Assembly: GCA_038063515.1 (NCBI GenBank)
Contig: JBBTUY010000006.1
Location: 26,505-90,504 of the forward strand
DNA from: Patescibacteria group bacterium
GTDB lineage: Bacteria; Patescibacteriota; Minisyncoccia; Phycocordibacterales; UBA9973
Direction: 5' to 3'
DNA length: 64,000 bases
Positions 9,372 to 19,115 of the stretch are shown here, piece by piece. Within the stretch, counting starts at the first letter, position 1. Each line of letters starts with the position of its first letter. The notes under the pieces were generated by a model. It saw only the letters and a program-made list of their open reading frames with translations. It searched no databases and was not told the origin of the DNA. Both the position numbers and the translations under genes were made by a program.

Positions 9372-11069
9372 ATGAGTGATTTTGATACAGAAAAAGAAAA
9401 TAAACAAATAGACGATATCCATAAACAAGAGGAGGAGGAGCTCGTGGCCATGCTTGCCGAGTCAAAATATGACCTCCCATACATAAACCTCTACAACACA
9501 AAAATAGACAACGAAGCCTTGAGAGCAATACCCGAAGAAGAAGCAACGAAAATGAATGTGGCGCCATTTAAACTTTTTGGTAAAAAGATTTTCATAGCTG
9601 TCCGCTCTCCCAGCCCCGAGCTTTTAAAAGAGTTAAGTGATATGGCTGAACGTAAAAATCTAACTCCAGAATTCTACATGGCAAGCAGTAGCAGTCTAGA
9701 GAAAACTTGGGATAGATATAAAGAAATTTCAATGGCTGAAAATACAAGAGTTGGAGGTCTTGATATCTCAGCAGAGATCTTACGAGATACAGCTAAGGAC
9801 ATACAGCACATAGGAGACATTGAGAAGCTAATTGCTACCACACTCAAAGAAAAAGAAACTCATAAGATCTCTCGCATCCTAGAAATAATTTTAGCAGGTG
9901 CCATAGCAGTGAAAGCCTCTGATATACACATAGAGCCAGAAAAGGAGCGTGGGAGATTGCGCCTAAGACTCGATGGAATACTCCAAGACATAATCTTTTT
10001 TGATTTAGATACATATCATTTACTGAACTCAAGAATTAAATTAATCTCACAATTAAAATTAACATCAAAAATAGCCCAAGATGGAAGATTTAATATCATC
10101 GAAAGCGATGAAGAGATAAGCATACGCGTATCCCTCATCCCTGGTGCGTACGGCGAGGCTATTGTCATGCGTATCCTTGATCCGAAATCCATCCAAGTAA
10201 ACATCGAGGAATTAGGAATAGAAAAATACCTTTTTGACATAATACAAAAAGAAATAATTAAACCAAACGGACTCATACTCGTCACAGGTCCTACAGGCTC
10301 AGGTAAAACAACGACTCTGTATGCATTCCTAAGGAAAATATATTCTCCAGAAATAAATATAATAACCATAGAAGACCCAGTCGAATACCACCTTGCAGGC
10401 ATAACCCAGACACAGACAGATGTGAAAAAGGGCTACAATTTCCCTGAAGGACTTCGCTCAGCACTTCGTCAAGATCCTGACGTCATGATGGTCGGAGAGA
10501 TACGTGATGATGAGACAGCAGAGATAGCAGTGCAATCCTCCCTCACAGGACACATGGTCTTCTCTACGCTTCATACGAACAACGCAGCTGGAGTCATCCC
10601 CCGCCTGATAGACCTCAAAGTAAATCCTAAGATATTAGTATCTGCACTTTCATTATCTATAGCTCAGAGACTCGTCCGCAAACTTTGCGCATCTTGTAAG
10701 GTTGAAAAAATATTAAATGAAGAAGAATCTAAAGTTATAAAACTCGTAATGGATAGTATTAAAGACGAAGGCAAAAGCTTGTCTAACTACAACATAAATC
10801 CTGACGCACCCATAAAAGTATTTAACGCTGTGGGTTGTGCTGTATGCAACAACATAGGGTATGTAGGAAGATTAGGAATTTTTGAAGCTATTAAAACAGA
10901 CGAAAATATAGAAAAAATAATTTTACAAAACCCAAGTGAGAGAGAAATTAAAAAGGTGGCCCGCACTCAAGGCATCCTCTCCATGCGTCAAGATGGCATA
11001 GTTAAAATCTTAAACGGCGTGACCTCTATGGCCGAGGTGCAGAGCGTGGTGGATTTATTAGAAGAATAA
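9372..11069 (+). CDS. Type II secretion/type IV pilus assembly ATPase, GspE/PilB family
   Basis: 565 aa with Walker A LVTGPTGSGKTTTLYA, Asp box, Walker B and His box (..DVMMVGEIRD..HMVFSTLHTNNA). The C-terminal tetracysteine is CASC..CAVCNNIGY. The N-terminal T2SSE_N-like domain has KYDLPYINLYN. Confidence 0.85.
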   Translation: MSDFDTEKENKQIDDIHKQEEEELVAMLAESKYDLPYINLYNTKIDNEALRAIPEEEATKMNVAPFKLFGKKIFIAVRSPSPELLKELSDMAERKNLTPEFYMASSSSLEKTWDRYKEISMAENTRVGGLDISAEILRDTAKDIQHIGDIEKLIATTLKEKETHKISRILEIILAGAIAVKASDIHIEPEKERGRLRLRLDGILQDIIFFDLDTYHLLNSRIKLISQLKLTSKIAQDGRFNIIESDEEISIRVSLIPGAYGEAIVMRILDPKSIQVNIEELGIEKYLFDIIQKEIIKPNGLILVTGPTGSGKTTTLYAFLRKIYSPEINIITIEDPVEYHLAGITQTQTDVKKGYNFPEGLRSALRQDPDVMMVGEIRDDETAEIAVQSSLTGHMVFSTLHTNNAAGVIPRLIDLKVNPKILVSALSLSIAQRLVRKLCASCKVEKILNEEESKVIKLVMDSIKDEGKSLSNYNINPDAPIKVFNAVGCAVCNNIGYVGRLGIFEAIKTDENIEKIILQNPSEREIKKVARTQGILSMRQDGIVKILNGVTSMAEVQSVVDLLEE

Positions 11070-11396
11070 AATTATAAAGAAAAACATATTGAGAGAGAAT
11101 GTAAACCTGAAAATTAGAAATAAAAAAAGCATTAATCTCTAAACAATCCTTCCAGGACTGAGCCCCGAAAGTAATAAATTATTATAGGATAGCACCAGAA
11201 GATAATAAAATCACCAGAACGTCCTACGCAAATTTATATAACCTTAATAGCTGATTGCTTAGAGATTAATGCCTTCTTTTTCACACCAAAGAATTGTACT
11301 ACATAGAAATATTAACAAGTGCTATACTGTGTATAGCTATGTTGATACCATGTTGATAAACTCTTTATTTTCATACTATAGCATACTATTTAGTTA

Positions 11397-12404
11397 ATGT
11401 CAACTATCATGCCCGACAATGAAACAACCGAAAAAAATGAAGATTCCTTCTTAGACCACACACTACGCCCCCAAGTGTGGGATGAATACATAGGTCAAAA
11501 ACATATAAAAGATAATGTGAAAATTCTTCTTGAAGCTGCGTCTGGCCGAGGACAAATACCAGAGCACATTTTATTCTACGGACCACCAGGACTCGGGAAA
11601 ACTACACTCGCACATTTGATAGCAAGAGAAACAGGTAGACAGATGAGGATAACTTCTGGTCCTGCGATAGAGAAAGTGGGCGACCTCGCATCCATACTCA
11701 CAAATCTCTCTAGTGGAGACATACTTTTTATAGACGAGATACATAGATTAAATAAAATGGTGGAGGAAATACTTTACCCCGCCATGGAGTCTGGTGTCCT
11801 CGACATCATCATAGGTAAAGGCCCATCTGCACGCACTATACAGCTCGACTTACCACCCTTTACGATGATAGCTGCAACGACACGCGTGGCTATGGTATCA
11901 TCTCCCCTTCGCTCCCGCTTCTCTGGAGGAGTTTTCCGTCTTGAGTTTTATTCTGATGAAGAGATAGCGCAGATCGTAGAGAGGTCTAGTAGACTTCTCG
12001 AGACAAAATTAGATAAAGAAGCATTAGAAGAAATAGCAAAAAGAAGTAGGTTTACACCCCGTACTGCAAACTATTTTTTAAAGAGGGTGCGTGACTATGC
12101 CCAAGTACACAAGAAGGACTTAGATCAAAAGACAGTGAAGGAAGCTTTAAATATGCTCGCGATAGACGACATAGGATTAAACGGAGATGACAGGAAATTT
12201 TTAGAAATTTTGATTGAAAAATTTAATGGTGGACCAGTGGGATTAAAGACCATGGGTGCTGCACTCGCAGAAGAAGAAGCTACGATAGAAGAAGTCATAG
12301 AGCCATACTTGATCCAGCTCGGACTCCTCGAACGCACAGCAAGAGGACGCATAGCGACAAAGAAAGCATACGAGCATCTCGGTTTTGATTTTATAGAAAA
12401 ATAA
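11397..12404 (+). CDS. ruvB: Holliday junction branch migration ATPase RuvB
   Basis: 335 aa. LRPQVWDEYIGQ..ILFYGPPGLGKTTLA..LFIDEIHRL are the AAA+ RuvB motifs. Confidence 0.95.
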   Translation: MSTIMPDNETTEKNEDSFLDHTLRPQVWDEYIGQKHIKDNVKILLEAASGRGQIPEHILFYGPPGLGKTTLAHLIARETGRQMRITSGPAIEKVGDLASILTNLSSGDILFIDEIHRLNKMVEEILYPAMESGVLDIIIGKGPSARTIQLDLPPFTMIAATTRVAMVSSPLRSRFSGGVFRLEFYSDEEIAQIVERSSRLLETKLDKEALEEIAKRSRFTPRTANYFLKRVRDYAQVHKKDLDQKTVKEALNMLAIDDIGLNGDDRKFLEILIEKFNGGPVGLKTMGAALAEEEATIEEVIEPYLIQLGLLERTARGRIATKKAYEHLGFDFIEK

Positions 12405-12410
12405 AAAAAA

Positions 12411-12444
12411 GGGGTGAGAGTCGTGGGGATACGACTCTCACCCC
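12411..12444 (+). other. GC-rich hairpin immediately downstream of ruvB
   Basis: ggggtgagagtcg-tggggata-cgactctcacccc is a 13-bp perfect stem. No T-tract follows on the plus strand; an A-tract precedes it. Confidence 0.4.
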
Positions 12445-12569
12445 AACAGGATGGAGAAACCTATTACAGGTTCTTCTTAACTGTATTATTAAAGGTGTAA
12501 AAATGCAAATATGTTTATCCACATATATAAACATATAAATTTTAAAAATTTATTAAAAAGCAACAAAGG

Positions 12570-12778
12570 CCAAGCTGACGAGAACGTCAGCTTGGCTCTT
12601 GGTTGGACCTCAGGATGTGTAACACATCAGCTGAGCCTAAGTTGTCTAAATCGACAACTTAGGCTCAGCTCTCCTCGGCCTCTTCCATTTCAAATGGAAG
12701 AGGCCGATCGAGGTCTCTTGGCTCGATCGGAATAACATTCATGATTTTCTCCTTTCGAACCCAAAGGGGTTCGAAAAA
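12570..12778. other. Cluster of five consecutive strong hairpins (candidate structured RNA or palindromic repeat cluster) between ruvB and ruvC
   Basis: Perfect or near-perfect stems at 12570-12595 (ccaagctgacg..cgtcagcttgg), 12630-12669 (17-bp stem gctgagcctaagttgtc..gacaacttaggctcagc), 12677-12705 (ggcctcttccattt..aaatggaagaggcc), 12705-12731 (ccgatcgag..ctcgatcgg) and 12755-12778 (ttcgaaccc..gggttcgaa). The region is GC-enriched against an AT-rich background. Confidence 0.5.
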
Positions 12779-12906
12779 ATAAATTTTAGCACCTCCCCCA
12801 ACAGTCCTAAAAGACCAGGGAGGCACTTTCAAATAAAGAAGAACATATTGAGAGAGAAAATACAAATAAAGTTATCCCCACCCCAAAGACATGCTAGACT
12901 TAAGAT

Positions 12907-13410
12907 ATGGCAAGAATTTTAGGCATAGATCCGGGATATGAGAGACTCGGTATAGCGGTTTTAGAAAAGTCCTCCTCTGCACAAGGCTACAGAAGACTAA
13001 AAGAAAAAGTTTTATTTTCTGAATGTTTTAAAACTTCGAGTAAGTTACCCTTCGAAGAGAGGCTACTTCTCATCGCAGATGAGGCAAAAAGTGTCATAGA
13101 AAAATACAAGCCAGAAATACTATCTATCGAGACTTTGTTTCTAAATACAAATCAAAAGACTGTGATGCACGTAGCCGAAGCACGAGGTGTCATCATATGT
13201 GAAGCTATGAGGGCAGGTATGAAAGTATTTGAAGCGACTCCACTCCAGATAAAGATAGCGACGACAGGTTATGGAAGAGCAGATAAAACTCAAATGATAA
13301 AAATGGTAAAGATGCTCGTAGAGATAGATGAGAGTAAAAAGTCTGATGATGAACTCGACGCTATAGCCATAGCCCTCACTGCTTTTGCGAATCTAAGATT
13401 ACAGAGTTAA
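12907..13410 (+). CDS. ruvC: Crossover junction endodeoxyribonuclease RuvC
   Basis: 167 aa with MARILGIDPGYERLGIAVLEK (catalytic Asp in IDPG) and the C-terminal DDELDAIAIALT motif. Confidence 0.9.
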   Translation: MARILGIDPGYERLGIAVLEKSSSAQGYRRLKEKVLFSECFKTSSKLPFEERLLLIADEAKSVIEKYKPEILSIETLFLNTNQKTVMHVAEARGVIICEAMRAGMKVFEATPLQIKIATTGYGRADKTQMIKMVKMLVEIDESKKSDDELDAIAIALTAFANLRLQS

Positions 13411-13553
13411 AAATTTTCTTTAATACGACTTTTTATAGAAAATTTTTATACTTTGGGAGTTATCCACATTTTTTATTGCATAGTTTTTTATATTTTGTTA
13501 CAAAGGAGTCATTATTAGGGTTTTTAATAAAAAATTAAACATTTTAATTTCTT

Positions 13554-13688
13554 ATGAGTTACGATGAAGAAGAAAAGTTAGATGAAGAAGGAGTTTTTAA
13601 GATGGATGACGATGATGGATTAGATGACATGCCAGAAGGCTTTGTAGATGATACTGACAGCGACGATCCTGACGATAAATTCCACTAA
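13554..13688 (+). CDS. Candidate small acidic protein (44 aa, highly Asp/Glu-rich)
   Basis: MSYDEEEKLDEEGVFKMDDDDGLDDMPEGFVDDTDSDDPDDKFH, ending directly at a strong terminator hairpin. No clear SD sequence. Confidence 0.2.
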   Translation: MSYDEEEKLDEEGVFKMDDDDGLDDMPEGFVDDTDSDDPDDKFH

Positions 13689-13720
13689 AACAAAACACCC
13701 CTAGAGGGGTGTTTTGTTTT
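13687..13720. terminator. Bidirectional intrinsic terminator (shared with the tyrS 3' end)
   Basis: aaaacaaaacacccc-tag-aggggtgttttgtttt is a perfect GC-cored stem with A/T tracts on both sides. The tyrS stop codon overlaps the stem end. Confidence 0.6.
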
Positions 13721-14934
13721 TATTTTACATTTATCTTCAGAAACTTTTTCTTCCCTATTTTAAGTATTATATTATTTTTTATTTTAAAGCTTACTTCTAA
13801 GATGCGTGTGTTCCCAGACAGGTCGTGTATGGACTTACTTAGGACAAGCCTTCGCCACTCACTTTTTGAAGGAAGTATTTTTTTAGTTATCAAAACCTCA
13901 CCTAGGGTCTCCCCTGTTTTTGCTCGTATCTCCTCCATTTCTTCTGGTACTTCTTTTTTCTGGAAAGTACTAGAAAAATTCTCTTCTGCTTTTTCCGCTT
14001 CCTCTTTACTGTGGTAAAAAGAAACTATTTCCTTAGCAAGTATTTTTTTGAATTGCATTGGGTTAGCACCGCTTTCCACTTTTTTTCTCATTTCGTTAAT
14101 TTCTTCAATAGGGACACGAGTTACAAGTTCAAAGTAATCAAAAATAACATCGTCAATTACAGACATAATTTGCCCATACATATCACTTGGTGTGGCAGAA
14201 ATTGGTATAAAGTTTTGTAAACTTTTACCCATCGGTCTTCCATCCGATCCAAGTAATAATTTCATAACCACAGCGGATTGAGGCTCGAGTCCGAAAGATG
14301 GCATTATGTGTCGCCCCGCAAGAAGATTAAAGGTTTGATCTGTACCACCAAGCTCTACGTCACACTTAAGAGCCACGGAGTCGTATCCCTGCATAAGTGG
14401 GTACATAAATTCATCTAATCCAATTTCATTACCAGATTTATATCTTTGCATGAAAGACTGACGATCAAGCATCTGAGCAAGAGAAAACTGCTTTGTTAGA
14501 TTTATAACATCATTAAAGTTTAAATCTTTTAGCCATTCTGAATTATGTCTAATTTCTGTCTGTCTCTCTATTACTGTCTTAAAAAATTGATCTTTGTATT
14601 TTTTTTCATTTTCCTTGATTTCCTCGGAAGTGGTTTCTTTTCGCATATCAACCTTATCTGAATGATCTCCCACCAGAGTTGTGAAATCTCCAATAATCAA
14701 AGTAACTTTATGCCCAAGTTCTTGGAAGTCTCTAAGTTTTCTGTGTATAACTGAGTGGCCCAAATGTAGAAAGGACCCTGTAACATCTGTGCCCAATTTG
14801 AAATGCAGCCTCTTTCCACTAAGAAGTTTCTTACGGAGCTCCTCTTTTGTAAAAACTTCATGAACTCCACGACTTAAAATCTCATCTATTGTTTTCGGGT
14901 CAGTTACTACTTTCATGCTCGAATAATAACACAT
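13720..14934 (-). CDS. tyrS: Tyrosyl-tRNA synthetase
   Basis: 404 aa with the HIGH-type motif FLHLGHSV, the KMSKS-type motif PMGKSLQN and a C-terminal S4-like region. Overall layout of a class I TyrRS. Confidence 0.9.
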   Translation of the reverse strand: MCYYSSMKVVTDPKTIDEILSRGVHEVFTKEELRKKLLSGKRLHFKLGTDVTGSFLHLGHSVIHRKLRDFQELGHKVTLIIGDFTTLVGDHSDKVDMRKETTSEEIKENEKKYKDQFFKTVIERQTEIRHNSEWLKDLNFNDVINLTKQFSLAQMLDRQSFMQRYKSGNEIGLDEFMYPLMQGYDSVALKCDVELGGTDQTFNLLAGRHIMPSFGLEPQSAVVMKLLLGSDGRPMGKSLQNFIPISATPSDMYGQIMSVIDDVIFDYFELVTRVPIEEINEMRKKVESGANPMQFKKILAKEIVSFYHSKEEAEKAEENFSSTFQKKEVPEEMEEIRAKTGETLGEVLITKKILPSKSEWRRLVLSKSIHDLSGNTRILEVSFKIKNNIILKIGKKKFLKINVK

Positions 14935-14953
14935 TTTCTGCTATACTTCAAAA

Positions 14954-17527
14954 ATGGAAATGTTAAAGGAATTGTTTAAAAAATTAAAGAAAAATACTCT
15001 TAAAATAATATATGGGTTAAAGAAAGATAAGCACCTAGTAAAAAACATAATCATGTTTGGTGTGGGTATTTCTGTATTTTTTATAGCTGTTGTACTCATA
15101 TGGATCCTATCCCTTGAAATCCCAGATTTTAAATCTTTCGAGGATAGAAAAGTAGAAAATTCTACAAAGATATACGATCGCACAGGGGAAATACTTCTCT
15201 ACGATATACACCGCGATGCTAAAAGGACAGATATAACATTCGACAAAATTGGATCAAATATAAAAAATGCTACTCTTGCTATCGAAGATGCAGAGTTTTA
15301 CAACCACAGTGGTATACGCATAAGTTCTATAATGCGAGCAATAATATCAAACTTTTTTAGTACAGGTCGTACTCAAGGTGGATCTACTATAACCCAACAA
15401 TTAGTAAAAAATACACTCTTAACACAAGAAAGGTCTTATACAAGAAAAATAAAAGAGTGGGTTCTCGCACTTAAAATAGAGAAGTCTCTAAGTAAAGATC
15501 AGATTTTTGAGCATTATTTAAATGAGGCACCATACGGAGGAAATGTATACGGGATACAAGAAGCAAGTAACACATACTTTGATACTGATGCCTCTACTCT
15601 GACTCTCGCTCAAGCCGCATATCTTTCTGCAATACCTCAATCCCCTACAAGCCTATCTCCATACGGGAAAAATAAAGATAAACTAGAAGCTAGAAAAAAT
15701 CTAGTCTTATCAAGAATGCTTGATTTAAAATTTATAACTGAAGATGAATACAATCAAGCAAAAAATGAAGTTGTTTTATTCCAGCCTCAATCTGCTACAG
15801 GTATAAAAGCTGCTCATTTTGTATTTTTCATAAAAGAATATATAGAAGAAAAATATGGGCCAGAGTTATTAGAACAAGGTGGTATAAAAATCACTACGAC
15901 AATAGATTACAAGCTACAAGAAAAAGCTGAAGAAATAGTTAAAAATGGCGCACTACAAAACAAAAAAGACTGGAATGGTGAGAATGCTAGCCTAGTAGCA
16001 ATAGATCCAAAAACGGGGCAAATCTTAACAATGGTAGGCTCTAGGGATTACTTTGACAAAGAAATAGATGGAAACTTCAACGTAGCTACAGCCTCAAGAC
16101 AGCCAGGCTCTGCTTTTAAACCTTTCATATATGCAACAGCATTTAATAAAGGATTTACTCCGAGCACTGTATTGTTTGACCTGCCTACAGAATTCCAAAC
16201 TACATGTAATGCATATGGAAAAGCACTAGCAGGTCACAGTCAAAGTGACTGCTATATGCCAGAAAACTATGATGGTAAAACTGTTGGACCAATGACTCTA
16301 CGTAGTGCACTTGCTGAATCTCGAAACATCCCCGCAGTAAAGCTTTTCTACCTTGCTGGACTTGCAGACTCACTTAGGACGGCAGAAGAAATGGGCATAA
16401 GCACACTCACAGATGTGGGACGCTATGGACTAACTCTCGTTATCGGAGGTGGTGAAGTGAAGTTGCTAGATATAACAAGCGCATTTGGAGTATTTGCTAA
16501 CAGTGGTATAAGAAACCCTAGCACGGGAATACTAAAAATAGAAAGATTAAATGGAGAAATATTAGAGGAATTTAAACAAAATGAAAAAGAAGTATTACCA
16601 AAGAATACCGCGCTTATACTCTCAGACATAATGTCTGATGAGAAAGCGAGAATTCCTACATTCGGAGCACGCTCTCCTTTATATATACCTGGTGTAGATG
16701 TAGCAGTAAAAACAGGAACAACAAACAACAACAAAGATGCATGGACAATAGGCTACACACCCTCCATAGCTGTCGGCGTCTGGGCAGGAAACAACGACAA
16801 CAAGGCCATGAAAAAAGGTGGTGTTGCACTCGCTGGACCTATTTGGAATAAATTTATGAATGAAGCATTAAAAGTAATGCCTAGTGAGAACTTTGAGGAA
16901 CCAAACCTATACTATGATCCACAAGAAGTAAAACCAATACTACGTGGATTTTGGCAAGGAAATGAAAACTTCTTTATAGATAAAATTTCTGGAAAATTAG
17001 CGACAGAGTTTACCCCGCCTGAAACAATTCAAGAAAAAGTTGTTACAAACGTACACTCCATACTCTACTGGGTAGATAGAAACAACATAACAGGACCAGC
17101 ACCCAAAAATCCGACAAGTAATGCACAATTTAATAACTGGGAAATTCCAATACAAAACTGGTGGGCAAAAAACAGTAGTAGATACCCGCAAACTAGCTGG
17201 AGTGAGAAACCAAATGCAATAGATGACATACACACAGAGAACACAGAAAATAATAAAATCATCCACGTGGTTGAACCAAACGAAGATACAGTTTACCAAA
17301 AAGATCAGAAGATAAATCTAAAAATTCAAAAAACTGGTAATTTTCCTTTAGTAAAAATGGATATATTTATTAACAATACATACATAGATACAGTAGAATC
17401 ACCTTTTACTTTCTCTTTTACACCCTCAAACATAGAAGATATACAAGATGAAAATGAGCTAAAAATAATATCCTACAATAGTGTTTACAATAAAAGTGAA
17501 AATATTGTAAATTTTAAAGTTGAATAA
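14954..17527 (+). CDS. Class A penicillin-binding protein (bifunctional glycosyltransferase/transpeptidase, PBP1A-like)
   Basis: 857 aa with an N-terminal TM helix. GT51 motifs are EDAEFYNHSGI and GGSTITQQLVKN. Transpeptidase motifs are SxxK (ASRQPGSAFKP), SxN and KTGTT. Confidence 0.9.
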   Translation: MEMLKELFKKLKKNTLKIIYGLKKDKHLVKNIIMFGVGISVFFIAVVLIWILSLEIPDFKSFEDRKVENSTKIYDRTGEILLYDIHRDAKRTDITFDKIGSNIKNATLAIEDAEFYNHSGIRISSIMRAIISNFFSTGRTQGGSTITQQLVKNTLLTQERSYTRKIKEWVLALKIEKSLSKDQIFEHYLNEAPYGGNVYGIQEASNTYFDTDASTLTLAQAAYLSAIPQSPTSLSPYGKNKDKLEARKNLVLSRMLDLKFITEDEYNQAKNEVVLFQPQSATGIKAAHFVFFIKEYIEEKYGPELLEQGGIKITTTIDYKLQEKAEEIVKNGALQNKKDWNGENASLVAIDPKTGQILTMVGSRDYFDKEIDGNFNVATASRQPGSAFKPFIYATAFNKGFTPSTVLFDLPTEFQTTCNAYGKALAGHSQSDCYMPENYDGKTVGPMTLRSALAESRNIPAVKLFYLAGLADSLRTAEEMGISTLTDVGRYGLTLVIGGGEVKLLDITSAFGVFANSGIRNPSTGILKIERLNGEILEEFKQNEKEVLPKNTALILSDIMSDEKARIPTFGARSPLYIPGVDVAVKTGTTNNNKDAWTIGYTPSIAVGVWAGNNDNKAMKKGGVALAGPIWNKFMNEALKVMPSENFEEPNLYYDPQEVKPILRGFWQGNENFFIDKISGKLATEFTPPETIQEKVVTNVHSILYWVDRNNITGPAPKNPTSNAQFNNWEIPIQNWWAKNSSRYPQTSWSEKPNAIDDIHTENTENNKIIHVVEPNEDTVYQKDQKINLKIQKTGNFPLVKMDIFINNTYIDTVESPFTFSFTPSNIEDIQDENELKIISYNSVYNKSENIVNFKVE

Positions 17528-17530
17528 TAA

Positions 17531-17788
17531 TTACCTTATTTTTTTAGGAGCCTTCTCCCCTATCCTTTTTAACAGGATATTATAAATCTCTTCTTGTCTT
17601 ATGAGGATTTCGTTTTTATAGATCGGTTTTATGTTTAAATAAATAATATTATTTTTTATTTTTACATCTTCTCTTTTTACTTCTATTCCCAGAACTTCAT
17701 ATAGAGCTTCTCTTATAAGCTCAACTTTTAAACCCCCTTTTACAAGTATGTTGTCAAACTTACTAAGTAAATCTTTTATTTCTATCAT
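17531..17788 (-). CDS. Small DUF721-like protein (85 aa) downstream of dnaN
   Basis: Its position directly after dnaN on the same strand is typical for DUF721/DciA-like small proteins. The assignment rests on context and size only. Confidence 0.35.
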   Translation of the reverse strand: MIEIKDLLSKFDNILVKGGLKVELIREALYEVLGIEVKREDVKIKNNIIYLNIKPIYKNEILIRQEEIYNILLKRIGEKAPKKIR

Positions 17789-17794
17789 TAAAGA

Positions 17795-18892
17795 CTACCT
17801 ATTCATAGGCATAATAAGATACGTAAAAGAAGTATCAGAAACAGCAGAAACGACGATAGGGCGAGAGGTGTCGTGAAGTTTTATAGATATGCTATCTGTT
17901 GTTATAGACTGGAAACAATCTAAGAAGTATTTATAGTTAAAACCGAGCTCTACATTTTCTCCTTGTATAGCAGCATCTAAAAGTGTTTTATTTTCACCAA
18001 CATCATTATTAAAGGAAGATAATTCAAAAACTTTTTCTTTTGGTTTAATTACAAGATTAACTTGGTTAAATTTATCTGAAAATATATTAGATAGCTTTAG
18101 TGCGTTTAAAAGGTCTTGTTTAAGTAAGGTGGTTGTTGTTTTAAATTCTTTAGGAATAATTTGATGGTAATCAGGGAAAATGCCGTCTATGACACGGGAT
18201 GTCAGATATATATCATCAGAAGAAAAAGAAATTGAGTTTTTATTAAAACAAACCTTGATATTTCCTTTATAATCTCCGAAAATTCTAAGCATTTCTGAAA
18301 CATTTTTATATGGAATAAGGATGCCGAGTATCTCTGGTACACCTTTTACTTTTATCTTTTTCTCTGCAAGTCTAAATGAGTCTGTGGAAACAAAGACAAG
18401 GTTATCATCTTTTGTATACATAAAAACACTTGAAATTTCAGGTTTTATATCCGAAATAGATGAGCTGTAGTATACAGATTTTATTCCATTTATTAATTTA
18501 AGAGATTCTATTTCAAAAGTCTCCCCCACAACCCTTGGTATAGTAGGGAAATCATCGTGTGGTTGACCTTTTACTTTTATAGTACTTCTTTTGGTTTTTA
18601 TTAATAAATTTCCATCAACACCTTCAAATGAAATAGTTTCGTTTTGAAATAAATTAGAAAGTATCCCGGACAAAACAGAGCCGGAAACAGCCACAATACC
18701 CTCTTTCTCTACTTTAGCTGGTATGTCTACTTCTATGCCGAGGCTTAGGTTTGTAGATCTAATTTTTAATTTCTTATCTACCGCAATAAGTAGTACAGAG
18801 CTTAGTATTGGCAGAGTTAAATTTTTACCAGTAATCTTTTCTGCTTGGGTAATTCCGTTTTTGATTTGTTCTATTTTACATTCTAATTTCAT
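17795..18892 (-). CDS. dnaN: DNA polymerase III beta sliding clamp
   Basis: 365 aa, three-domain length. It sits immediately downstream of dnaA. Sequence runs MKLECKIEQIKNGI..TLPILSSVLL. Confidence 0.9.
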   Translation of the reverse strand: MKLECKIEQIKNGITQAEKITGKNLTLPILSSVLLIAVDKKLKIRSTNLSLGIEVDIPAKVEKEGIVAVSGSVLSGILSNLFQNETISFEGVDGNLLIKTKRSTIKVKGQPHDDFPTIPRVVGETFEIESLKLINGIKSVYYSSSISDIKPEISSVFMYTKDDNLVFVSTDSFRLAEKKIKVKGVPEILGILIPYKNVSEMLRIFGDYKGNIKVCFNKNSISFSSDDIYLTSRVIDGIFPDYHQIIPKEFKTTTTLLKQDLLNALKLSNIFSDKFNQVNLVIKPKEKVFELSSFNNDVGENKTLLDAAIQGENVELGFNYKYFLDCFQSITTDSISIKLHDTSRPIVVSAVSDTSFTYLIMPMNR

Positions 18893-19115
18893 TTGTTTAT
18901 ATTTTATATATTAAATTTATTAGTACTATTAGTGGTGTTAATAAGTGGATAACTTTTTCTACTTATATTTTATATACCTAAGTTACATAATTTCAATTTA
19001 ATTTTTATCTAATAACTCTCTTTAATTTATGCTAACTTTTTCACCTATTTCTTATCATTACCTTTTATTATTTTTAATTCACATATTATTTTTATTTATA
19101 CACACTTTATTCAGC
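18893..19115. promoter_or_regulatory. Candidate oriC segment (dnaA-dnaN intergenic) with DnaA-box-like sites and an AT-rich unwinding region
   Basis: aagtggataa at about 18940 is a TTATCCACT box on the reverse strand. ttatacaca at about 19098 has one mismatch. The region contains very AT-rich runs. Confidence 0.5.

Noticed and set aside
9370-10402. Antisense ORFs 9370..9567, 9844..10032 and 10016..10402 inside the GspE gene.
   Set aside because: They are entirely antisense to a strongly supported ATPase gene and have no independent signals.
12511-12865. ORFs 12511..12735 (+) and 12665..12865 (-), between ruvB and ruvC.
   Set aside because: They overlap each other and are composed almost entirely of the palindromic hairpin cluster. 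Their reading frames are artefacts of GC-rich stems, and no RBS is present.
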